The notes: generated by a model not told the origin, from the letters alone. Positions 9,034-16,391 are shown, counted from the stretch's first letter. The stretch: DNA of 20,000 nucleotides from an uncultured virus (IMG/VR IMGVR_UViG_3300027229_000184) (IMGVR_UViG_3300027229_000184), one strand, 5' to 3'. A program made the numbers and translations.

Positions 9034-9708
9034 ATGGACAAAAGGATTCTCGAAAGCTACGACAACTGGTCTTTAGACAGGGCTGTTTTTTCTAAACAGC
9101 CTAAACCTAGGCACGTCGAGAGGATGGAAAATCCAATTGAAAACGGATTGATTCACACTAAAGCTGAAAACGCTCCAGTCCAAGTTCCACCTTCTAATTC
9201 CTCTTCGCAAACTCGTCAAGAGTTGTTGCAGATGGCAAGAGATATTGAGGCGGTTGGTAAGAAAAAGCAACAAAAGATTGTTAGCAAGTACGATTCTGGT
9301 TTTGAATGGAAATTTGAAAAGATTTGTAAAGATCTTGGAATTAAATGGAACAAAGAATACGTTGACAGATTGATTGAAGAGTCAGGTGACATCATTTTAC
9401 AATTGAAGTATAAATGGAATCGTCCAAGACCCTTTCAATTGGCACCAATGTTAGGTATCAAAATGAATGTGGGTAAAGCTTACACGGCTGGAACACCTTC
9501 ATTTCCTTCTGGTCATTCGGCACAATCACAATTAATAGCAGATGTTTTATCAAAAGTTTATCCCCTACATCGAGATGCTTTTCAAACTGTTCCAGAAAAA
9601 GTCAGCTACTCGCGTTACATCGGTGGTCTCCACTTCCCGAGTGACATCGAATACGGAAAGCAAATCGGACACTGGCTCGCAAGCCACACCAACACCGATT
9701 CCTACTGA
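9034..9708 (+). CDS. PAP2 / vanadium-haloperoxidase superfamily phosphatase
   Basis: All three motifs are present: KYKWNRPRP (Kx6RP), PSFPSGH and SRYIGGLHFPSD (SRx5Hx3D). Confidence 0.88.
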   Translation: MDKRILESYDNWSLDRAVFSKQPKPRHVERMENPIENGLIHTKAENAPVQVPPSNSSSQTRQELLQMARDIEAVGKKKQQKIVSKYDSGFEWKFEKICKDLGIKWNKEYVDRLIEESGDIILQLKYKWNRPRPFQLAPMLGIKMNVGKAYTAGTPSFPSGHSAQSQLIADVLSKVYPLHRDAFQTVPEKVSYSRYIGGLHFPSDIEYGKQIGHWLASHTNTDSY

Positions 9709-10417
9709 ACCGAGTGTAGAAACTACAACACAACCGACAATGGACAAAGAATTCATTAAATCAATTCATCAGCTTCCTCTAAACTCAGATGAGTACATTC
9801 AAGAGGAATGCGCAAAGTATCAGATCTACCTACACCACACTGCTGGTAACGCCTCGGGTAGAGCTACAATGAGAAACTGGGATGCCGATAAAAGAGGTAG
9901 AATCGCAACATGTGTTACAATCTCTAACACTGGTGCTAAAGATTCACCAGACGGTGAGATCGTACAGGGTTTCTCTTCAAAGTATTGGGCCTATCACTTA
10001 GGCTTAAAGCAGGATCATTTCAAGGTGTTTAATGCACCCTATAAGCAATTAGATAAGTATTCAATCGGTATTGAAATCTGTGCTTGGGGTCCTCTAACTC
10101 TAAAGGATGGTAAGTTCTACACTTACGTTAATACTGTGGTTCCAGCTGACCAAGTTTGTGAATTAGAAGAACCTTTTAAGGGTCACAAGTACTATCACAA
10201 GTATTCTGACGCACAGATTGAGTCAGTTAAGAACCTTCTTCTATACTGGAATGACGTGTACGATATTCCATTGGATTACAATGAAGATATTTGGGGTCTA
10301 ACTGAAAGAGCTTTCACAATGGAACCAGGCGTTTACACCCACAATTCAGTTAGAAAGGACAAATCAGATGTATTCCCACAACCTGAATTAATCGCAATGT
10401 TAAAGTCACTATCATAA
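9542..10417 (+). CDS. N-acetylmuramoyl-L-alanine amidase (Amidase_2-like, probable endolysin); start 9542, 9575 or 9740
   Basis: IYLHHTAG, WAYHLG, SIGIEIC, YSDAQIES and THNSVRKDKSD (Zn-amidase His/His/Asp pattern). The catalytic domain begins near ATG 9740. The upstream extension overlaps the PAP2 gene. Confidence 0.82.
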   Translation: MFYQKFIPYIEMLFKLFQKKSATRVTSVVSTSRVTSNTESKSDTGSQATPTPIPTEPSVETTTQPTMDKEFIKSIHQLPLNSDEYIQEECAKYQIYLHHTAGNASGRATMRNWDADKRGRIATCVTISNTGAKDSPDGEIVQGFSSKYWAYHLGLKQDHFKVFNAPYKQLDKYSIGIEICAWGPLTLKDGKFYTYVNTVVPADQVCELEEPFKGHKYYHKYSDAQIESVKNLLLYWNDVYDIPLDYNEDIWGLTERAFTMEPGVYTHNSVRKDKSDVFPQPELIAMLKSLS

Positions 10418-10728
10418 TGGAAGAACTAATTCAACGTTACTTCGGTGAGTGGGGAGCATGGGTTATCACTGGTTTGTTAATCCTAGCCGCAAAGGATGCA
10501 ATCTCGCAAACTTGGAGTGGGTTGAAGTTTATGATGGGTAACGATTTCAACAATGATGATATCGTTTACATTAATGGTAATAAAAAAGCTCGAATCGTAC
10601 GTCAAGGAATATATAAGACTACCTTCTATCTGTACGATCATCAGCGTAAGTTTATTGTTCCAAATGATAGATTATGGTCACTAAACATCGAGAAAGAAAT
10701 TCCACAAGGAGAAGATGAAAAGAATTAA
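10417..10728 (+). CDS. Small membrane protein resembling the MscS TM3 + beta-domain
   Basis: A hydrophobic helix WVITGLLILAA followed by KDAISQTWSG..F..DDIVYING..ARIVRQGIYKTTF..D..KFIVPN..L parallels the MscS pattern QD.LSN..SG..F..GD.I...G.V..IG.R.T...D....IPN. TAATG coupling to the amidase. Confidence 0.6.
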   Translation: MEELIQRYFGEWGAWVITGLLILAAKDAISQTWSGLKFMMGNDFNNDDIVYINGNKKARIVRQGIYKTTFYLYDHQRKFIVPNDRLWSLNIEKEIPQGEDEKN

Positions 10729-11458
10729 ACTGTTTGAAGACTTCGTTAACGAAGGGTATTACGATCCAGGAATCTTAAAGGCCTTTTTCATGGCCGGTGG
10801 GCCTGGTTCAGGTAAATCATTTGTAGCAACTGAGTTGTTTGACTTTCCAAAGAGAGCACAATCATCAGTATCTTACGCAACAGGCCTAAAATTGGTTAAC
10901 TCAGACAATCAGTTTGAGAAGATGCTAAAAGATGCTGGTTACGACGCAGGTAAGCTTCACCAATATGCACAGGACGAAGAAACATGGGCTGAGATCATGG
11001 GTCTTAGAAATAAGGCCAAGGGTACGACCAAGAGAATGCAAGATAATTACATCACTGGTAGGTTAGGTCAAGTGATCGACGGCACGGGTAAAGATTACAA
11101 TAGGATTAAAGGTCATAGACAACTCTATCAGGATCTGGGTTATGATACTTATATGATTTTTGTTAACACTTCACTTGAAGTTGCACTGGAAAGAAACCAA
11201 ATGAGAGAGCGTAAGCTTGAAGATTCAATGGTTAAAGATATGTGGCAAGAAGTACAAAATAACTTAGGTAAATTTCAAAAGATATTTGGAGTTGGTAAGA
11301 TGTTGATCGTTGACAACTCTTCAACTGACGGTGAATTGTTAGATCAGATTGAAAAGCAGGTTATTAGACACTTGAATACGCCTGTTCAGAATCCGCTAGG
11401 TAAAAGATGGTTAAAGGACAACGATCCTAAAAATAGAAATAGAAACCAACCTGCGTAA
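10715..11458 (+). CDS. P-loop kinase (zeta-toxin/AAA_33-like) with N-terminal capsid-targeting-like leader
   Basis: Walker A GGPGSGKS, VNSD, VIDGTG, MIFVNTSLEVALERNQMRER (lid) and IVDNS. Leader MKRIKLFEDFVNE. Confidence 0.78.
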   Translation: MKRIKLFEDFVNEGYYDPGILKAFFMAGGPGSGKSFVATELFDFPKRAQSSVSYATGLKLVNSDNQFEKMLKDAGYDAGKLHQYAQDEETWAEIMGLRNKAKGTTKRMQDNYITGRLGQVIDGTGKDYNRIKGHRQLYQDLGYDTYMIFVNTSLEVALERNQMRERKLEDSMVKDMWQEVQNNLGKFQKIFGVGKMLIVDNSSTDGELLDQIEKQVIRHLNTPVQNPLGKRWLKDNDPKNRNRNQPA

Positions 11459-12657
11459 TGAAACGTGTTAAGTTATTCGAAGAGTTTATCCAAGACGAAA
11501 AGTCCAGAGAAGTTAATGAGGCCGGAAACATACTAGGCACTTTGATAGCGGCTGTACTAGCGTATGGTATAAACGTATTCATAGATGTGTTGTGGCCAAC
11601 GCTTGAAAGAGCCTGGAAACTGATTTCACCGCAAAAACACCACAAGGTTATTAGAGCGCTAGGTAAAGACAAAACTTTTAACAAAGAAATGTTTGAAGTG
11701 ATCACTAGCACTGGTAAATACAAAGGCAAACTGTATTTTAACAAATTTGTTCTGAGGGATGTGATCGCTGAAGTTCCAGCATTCAAAGAGGTTGTTCAAA
11801 AGTTTGGTGCTGAAGAAGATGTCAATAATATTGCAGAACAAATAGCAGATGTCATTGTTAATCATAGAAGCTGGATTAAAGATAGACTTGCAGAGGTACA
11901 GAACGAAGCTTTCGAATACGGAGATCAATTGTTAACTGATCCAGAAGGTGTTCAATTTAAAGATAGATTAAAAGTACTAAAATTACCAGAAGAACCTAAC
12001 ACATACGATGAGCAACGTTTCATCGAAATGTTAAAAGATTGGTTCAATAACGAATATGCAGAATCCGCACTGGGTAGCATCCTATGGCAGCTCTTACCAT
12101 TAAAGAAGAAGTTTCCTAAAGTATTAGAACCATCAAAGGGCCGAAACCTTTATGAAGGCAATACGTTATATAGAGGTACAATGATTCCGCTGGCTACTGT
12201 CCTAAATCTCAAAGGGCAATGGAAGAGATATAAGGGTGTAGGTCTATTGGGTGATGCCATTGAAATGGACACTAAATTTAATTGGAGCTTTAAGAGCGAT
12301 AAAGGATTCACGTCATTTACACCCGCTAGCGAAACTGCAGAAGAGTTTGCAGATCAAATTAGTTACGAAGAATTCAAGCCATACAGACCGGGTTATGGCA
12401 TCGTCAAGAGATTATCACAAAATTCTATAGGCGGTAAAATTCCAGTCATCTTAAAGATTAAAGATACACATCCACAGGCACTTTTTAATCCACAATTTAC
12501 AACTTCTATCTCAGCGTTTACAACTGAGTATGAGATCTTTGTGGTTGGAGCCAGTGTGCAAGTTGATGGCATTATAATTCCAAGATGGAATGATTACGAG
12601 AATGCAGCTGCAACAGAAGGCTTTGAAGATTTAGACAAATATTTTAATATTAAATGA
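11458..12657 (+). CDS. Putative R-S-E clade ADP-ribosyltransferase with leader peptide
   Basis: The C-terminal half has LYRG (12166-12177), FTSFT (12307-12321) and EYE (12526-12534) in canonical order. Leader MKRVKLFEEF, followed by one hydrophobic segment. Confidence 0.55.
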   Translation: MKRVKLFEEFIQDEKSREVNEAGNILGTLIAAVLAYGINVFIDVLWPTLERAWKLISPQKHHKVIRALGKDKTFNKEMFEVITSTGKYKGKLYFNKFVLRDVIAEVPAFKEVVQKFGAEEDVNNIAEQIADVIVNHRSWIKDRLAEVQNEAFEYGDQLLTDPEGVQFKDRLKVLKLPEEPNTYDEQRFIEMLKDWFNNEYAESALGSILWQLLPLKKKFPKVLEPSKGRNLYEGNTLYRGTMIPLATVLNLKGQWKRYKGVGLLGDAIEMDTKFNWSFKSDKGFTSFTPASETAEEFADQISYEEFKPYRPGYGIVKRLSQNSIGGKIPVILKIKDTHPQALFNPQFTTSISAFTTEYEIFVVGASVQVDGIIIPRWNDYENAAATEGFEDLDKYFNIK

Positions 12658-12977
12658 AAAAGGTAAAATTGTTTGAAGAGTTTACCAAAGGGTATGAGTT
12701 TTCAATGAAGCACATTGACGACAACGAGTACGCAGTGATTGCGACTAAATCTGGCAAACAGGTCGGTCGTTTAGATTTTATTAAGAGTAAATTCAAGCCG
12801 GTTTTAAGAGCGTCGATCGTTGCTGTAGATCCATCTTATCGTCGACAAGGGATTGCCACATCAATGTATCAGTTTGCAGAAACTGAGTTTGGTATGAAGT
12901 TTGAAAGGAATGATGACGTTTTAACAGCGGACGGTAAGTCCCTATGGAACAGTCAAAACAGAAAGTTTGGCAAATAA
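12654..12977 (+). CDS. GNAT-family acetyltransferase with leader peptide
   Basis: Acetyl-CoA motif A VDPSYRRQGIATSMY and LTADGKSLW. Leader MKKVKLFEEF. ATGA overlap with the upstream gene. Confidence 0.8.
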   Translation: MKKVKLFEEFTKGYEFSMKHIDDNEYAVIATKSGKQVGRLDFIKSKFKPVLRASIVAVDPSYRRQGIATSMYQFAETEFGMKFERNDDVLTADGKSLWNSQNRKFGK

Positions 12978-12999
12978 TAAAAAAGATTACTGTAAACTG

Positions 13000-13030
13000 T
13001 TTCACGGGTCAGATTTATTTGTTATATTAG
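13000..13030 (+). promoter_or_regulatory. Putative early (host sigma) promoter, copy 1
   Basis: TTTC-N19-TATATTAG is close to the Bacteroidota consensus TTTG-N19-21-TAnnTTTG. 13005-13028 is 22/24 identical to 16366-16389. Confidence 0.6.
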
Positions 13031-13040
13031 CCTAGTAATT

Positions 13041-13658
13041 ATGAAGCAGCTTAAAACCTACACCACCTTCGTGAACGAGAAAAAGAGACCGTTTAGTGAA
13101 ACGTCAATCTCAATCTTTGATTTAGATGATACGATCGTTATTACTGACGCAAAGATTAAAGTTTGCAACATCGTAACGGGTGATTGTCACGAACTAACTC
13201 CTGAAGAGTTTAACGAATACGAAAAGCATCCTGACCACCAATTAGACTTTGATGACTTCAAATCACTTGAAATCATGAAGGCAGGTCAACTTATTCACTA
13301 CTACTTAAAGATCCTAGCAGATGCCTATAAAGTTAAGAGAGCTGTTGGTATCGTAACTGCAAGGGACGATAGAGAAATGATCTACAAATGGATGAAAGAA
13401 CACGTTGGCTTTCATATCACAAGAGACCTAATTTACGCAGTTAATGATCCTATTCACGGGTTTACAGGTTCAGTTGCTCAAAAGAAACAACAAGCTTTTA
13501 GAGAGATCATTGAAATGGGTTATAAAAAGATCCAATTCTTTGACGATGATCAGGCAAATTTGAACCTGGTTAATGATTTACGATCAGAATATCCTAACAT
13601 TGAGCTGTCAACTTATAAAGCTGACAAGAAAATGTTTAAGTCTATTGAAAAAAAGTAA
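13041..13658 (+). CDS. HAD-superfamily hydrolase/phosphatase with degenerate leader peptide
   Basis: Motif I IFDLDDTI, motif II IVTAR, motif III Lys (QKK) and motif IV FFDDD. Leader MKQLKTYTTFVNE. Confidence 0.82.
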   Translation: MKQLKTYTTFVNEKKRPFSETSISIFDLDDTIVITDAKIKVCNIVTGDCHELTPEEFNEYEKHPDHQLDFDDFKSLEIMKAGQLIHYYLKILADAYKVKRAVGIVTARDDREMIYKWMKEHVGFHITRDLIYAVNDPIHGFTGSVAQKKQQAFREIIEMGYKKIQFFDDDQANLNLVNDLRSEYPNIELSTYKADKKMFKSIEKK

Positions 13659-13671
13659 AAAAAGTCATCCC

Positions 13672-13697
13672 GGTGTGAAACCAGGACACCTTTTTTT
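13672..13697 (+). terminator. Probable terminator
   Basis: GGTGT / ACACC stem with a 9-nt loop, followed by T7, just after the HAD gene. The stem is short. Confidence 0.5.
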
Positions 13698-13706
13698 GAT
13701 ATATAG
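13698..13706 (+). promoter_or_regulatory. Late-promoter-like motif GATATATAG
   Basis: Directly after the terminator T-tract and upstream of the small ORF at 13745. Confidence 0.55.
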
Positions 13707-13744
13707 ATAGAAGAATAATCTTCAAAACCAAAAACTTTTTAGCA

Positions 13745-13912
13745 ATGGCTGATTACATTTCAGAGGCGTCCGCTAGCCCTGAAACTGTACCAGCTAAAAC
13801 GGTACTCAATTATGAGTCTGGTGAATATACGCTTGATCAAGCGATATATGCTCTAGATGTAGTTGAAGATTGTATGAATTGGGCATTTTTCGGTGTCGGT
13901 GGGCCAGCCTAA
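13745..13912 (+). CDS. Small acidic hypothetical protein (55 aa, not in ORF track)
   Basis: MADYISEASASPETVPAKTVLNYESGEYTLDQAIYALDVVEDCMNWAFFGVGGPA*. Bracketed by a promoter-like motif and a hairpin. Confidence 0.6.
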   Translation: MADYISEASASPETVPAKTVLNYESGEYTLDQAIYALDVVEDCMNWAFFGVGGPA

Positions 13913-13921
13913 AAGGAACCA

Positions 13922-13943
13922 GATGGGGACAGTAGTCCCCATC
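13922..13943 (+). terminator. Perfect 9-bp hairpin (terminator or processing site)
   Basis: GATGGGGAC-agta-GTCCCCATC. There is no classical U-tract; it is followed by GTCGTATT. Confidence 0.55.
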
Positions 13944-13956
13944 GTCGTATTATCAG

Positions 13957-13965
13957 AATATATAG
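13957..13965 (+). promoter_or_regulatory. Late-promoter-like motif AATATATAG, 3 nt before ATG
   Basis: AATATATAG-ttt-ATG (13969). Confidence 0.6.
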
Positions 13966-13968
13966 TTT

Positions 13969-14526
13969 ATGAAACACGTTAAGCTTTTTGAAGAGTTCTT
14001 GAATGAAGAAAGACCTGAGTGGCACGATTCGGATGCTCCGGACGCTGAAGGTCGATTTGCAGAACTGTCTCCGAAGGATCTTGCGGCTTGGTTGATTAAG
14101 ACCCGCAATAAAGATCTAAGAAAGATCACAGGATCTTTAAATCAACAAATCGTCTTCAATAGAGGAGAAGATAAGGCCTATGCCGATAAGATGGAAAAGA
14201 CACGTAAAGAGGTTTACAAACAGCTTGGCAGAGAAGATCTTCTAGAATCTCATGAAATGTTTGAAGCTGAAAAGGCTAAAGGAGATAGAGGACCAATTGA
14301 CAATCCAGATATTGAAACAGCCCTAAAAACAAAAGCTAAAGAAAGCGGTATTGATATTGGTCTATTAAGAATTGTGATGAGAAGAGGCATGGATGCATGG
14401 AACAGATCTCATTACGCAGGAACTACACAGGAACAGTGGGGTTACGCAAGAGTAAATGGATTCATTAAAAAAGAAAAAGGAACTTGGGGTGGAGCAGATG
14501 CTGACGTTGCCAAGGAAGTTAAGTAA
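13969..14526 (+). CDS. Leader-bearing protein with C-terminal DUF5824-like domain
   Basis: Leader MKHVKLFEEFLNE. KAKESGI..LRIVMRRGMDAW..H..TTQEQWGYARVNGFI matches my recollection of the viral DUF5824 pattern. Confidence 0.7.
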   Translation: MKHVKLFEEFLNEERPEWHDSDAPDAEGRFAELSPKDLAAWLIKTRNKDLRKITGSLNQQIVFNRGEDKAYADKMEKTRKEVYKQLGREDLLESHEMFEAEKAKGDRGPIDNPDIETALKTKAKESGIDIGLLRIVMRRGMDAWNRSHYAGTTQEQWGYARVNGFIKKEKGTWGGADADVAKEVK

Positions 14527-14528
14527 TC

Positions 14529-14675
14529 ATGAAACATAAAAATCATACACTTCTATCTAAAAAGGAAACTAATAGATTGAAGCACGTCGGTGGCCCGAGA
14601 AGCCAAAAATCTAACAAAAAACAACTTGTAAGAATGCAAAGAAATGAAGCAATCTTACAATTAACTGCACAATAA
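14529..14675 (+). CDS. Small basic protein (48 aa, not in ORF track)
   Basis: MKHKNHTLLSKKETNRLKHVGGPRSQKSNKKQLVRMQRNEAILQLTAQ*. It fills the gap exactly: 2 nt after the upstream stop and 1 nt before the next ATG. Confidence 0.65.
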   Translation: MKHKNHTLLSKKETNRLKHVGGPRSQKSNKKQLVRMQRNEAILQLTAQ

Positions 14676-14676
14676 G

Positions 14677-16236
14677 ATGAAAATTGTTAAATCACTTGAC
14701 CAATTCGTAAGTGAGTTGAACGATCAGATTCCAGGTGGAATTTCTGATAAGTTAACTCCTCAATACATCGCTGACAAGCACGGCGTGTCTCTAGAAGAGA
14801 TCGAAGCTGCATTAGATAAAGGCCAAAAGGTAGAAATGGAACACACTGACGATGCTGAGAAAGCACGTGAGATCGCCAAAGATCACCTACTTGAAGACCC
14901 TCAATACTATGAAAAGCTTGCTAAGATGGAAGGTGAACCGACTAACGAAGCGGCAAAAGTAGAAACTGAAAGATATTTCAGATCTCACATGAAACAACCT
15001 AAGGGTTACGGTAAGTGGATGTTCTCTTACAATAAGAACGGAGATGATCCATTTGAGATTCCGGGTTCAATGTCATACGCTGACGCTACAAAATGGGTTA
15101 AAGCCAAGGCTAAAGAAGACGGTAAAGATTACATTTACGTAATGGAGGGTATTAATGATTTCTCTCCTCTTTCTTACGCTAAGAAAGTAGCTAACAAGAT
15201 CATTTCGCTTGCTGATGCTGCAAAAGAGGCTGATATGCCACAGACAGAACTGTTAAAGCTTGTTAGAAAGTTTGACAAGAACTTTAAAATGACGTATGAA
15301 GCTAACGATCATGAGGTTGGAATGGCACAAGGTCAATTGGATGCTATTCACAAGGATGCAGCTGAATTACAAGAAAAGATTGGCGCCGAAGAAAGAGATC
15401 TTCCAGGTTGGATTCAATCTCACATTACATCAGCTTACGAATACTTAAAGCAAGCTAATGATAACTTCCACGAATTAAAGGAAGAAGAGAAGGTTGATGA
15501 AGCTCTAAAGATGCTGATGGATCCTTTGATGCTAAAGATCATGAAGCAGTTTGGTTTTAACACAAACCCTGGTATCAAAGCTGAGCTAAGAGCTGAAATT
15601 AAAGCAGCAGTTGAAGAAGTTCTAAAGAAGCATGACATTATCGTTGAAGGTACTTTCAATGATGGTGAAATCGCGATCTATACTGATCCACGTGGAGATG
15701 CTGGCGAAACTCAAATTTGGAAAAGAGGTAAGGGCTACTACGGACAGAATGACTCATTTGACTTTGAAGCTAAAGATAAGAAAGAGCTTGAAATGAAGCT
15801 TAAAAGATGGGGTTATGAACTTATAGCGGGTTCAATCGATGAAGCTTTTCAAGCTGAAGCTGAAGAGCCATTAGCAAAACTAGCTCTATCTCTTCTTGCA
15901 ATTAGAGATCAAGCTCACATGTTCCATTGGCAAACTCAATCTTATGAGCAACACATGGCCTTTGGTGAATTCTACGAAGACTTCGTTGGTAAAATGGACG
16001 AATTGATGGAAAACATCATGGGTAAATCAGAGAGACCTGCGTTTGTATCAGGTACCATCACTCTAGCAGGTTACTCAGATTCTGAGGTTATTGAGTTCAT
16101 CAATACTGCTAAGAACGTATTTGATCTACAACTACCAACCGTTGTTCCAACTGAAGGTAACTCAGAAATCTACAACTTAGTAGAAGAAATTCTATCAATG
16201 TTAAACAAGCTACAGTACTTGTTGTCATTGAAATAA
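14677..16236 (+). CDS. Multidomain leader-bearing protein: DUF5661-like N-domain and C-terminal ferritin/Dps-like (DUF5856-like) domain
   Basis: GQKVEMEHTDD..AREIAKDHLLEDPQYYEKL (DUF5661-like). RDQAHMFHWQTQSYEQHMAFGEFYE..DELME..EEIL..LNKLQYLLSLK (Dps-like HW/H/DxxxE ligands). Leader MKIVKSLDQFVSE. Confidence 0.72.
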   Translation: MKIVKSLDQFVSELNDQIPGGISDKLTPQYIADKHGVSLEEIEAALDKGQKVEMEHTDDAEKAREIAKDHLLEDPQYYEKLAKMEGEPTNEAAKVETERYFRSHMKQPKGYGKWMFSYNKNGDDPFEIPGSMSYADATKWVKAKAKEDGKDYIYVMEGINDFSPLSYAKKVANKIISLADAAKEADMPQTELLKLVRKFDKNFKMTYEANDHEVGMAQGQLDAIHKDAAELQEKIGAEERDLPGWIQSHITSAYEYLKQANDNFHELKEEEKVDEALKMLMDPLMLKIMKQFGFNTNPGIKAELRAEIKAAVEEVLKKHDIIVEGTFNDGEIAIYTDPRGDAGETQIWKRGKGYYGQNDSFDFEAKDKKELEMKLKRWGYELIAGSIDEAFQAEAEEPLAKLALSLLAIRDQAHMFHWQTQSYEQHMAFGEFYEDFVGKMDELMENIMGKSERPAFVSGTITLAGYSDSEVIEFINTAKNVFDLQLPTVVPTEGNSEIYNLVEEILSMLNKLQYLLSLK

Positions 16237-16238
16237 TT

Positions 16239-16330
16239 GGCGGGCACACTGGGTGCCCACCTTAGGACTCCGGAGGCCGCCTTCCGGGCAGTGAGAGCCA
16301 GACATCGCTACGTCTGGCTCTCTTTTTTTT
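16239..16330 (+). ncRNA. GC-rich three-hairpin structured element ending in an intrinsic terminator
   Basis: P1: GGGCAC/GTGCCC (16242-16258). Linker CTTAGGAC. P2: TCCGGAGG/CTTCCGGG (16269-16288). P3: GAGAGCCAGAC/GTCTGGCTCTC (16293-16322) followed by T8. Confidence 0.5.
16293..16330 (+). terminator. Strong Rho-independent terminator
   Basis: Perfect 11-bp stem, 8-nt loop ATCGCTAC and eight T. Confidence 0.88.
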
Positions 16331-16360
16331 GAAAAAAGTTCACTTTTTTTCACCAAAAGT

Positions 16361-16391
16361 TTTTTCGGGTCAGATTTTTTGGTTATATTTA
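16361..16391 (+). promoter_or_regulatory. Putative early (host sigma) promoter, copy 2
   Basis: TTTT-N19-TATATTTA with the shared CGGGTCAGATTT spacer and upstream A/T tracts. Confidence 0.6.

Noticed and set aside
13678..13706. Fourth copy of AAAC-N16-RTATAA
   Set aside because: AAAC at 13678 is followed after 16 nt by GATATA rather than RTATAA. It is better explained as a terminator loop plus the late-type motif.
1321..15659. Short minus-strand and alternate-frame ORFs nested in long genes (e.g. 2305, 2601, 3379, 3914, 6144, 7914, 11427, 15435)
   Set aside because: They have no recognisable motifs or expression signals and lie within or across well-supported + strand genes.
16239..16330. 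tRNA interpretation of the GC-rich element
   Set aside because: There is no acceptor stem closing the hairpins and no TTC T-loop or cloverleaf.
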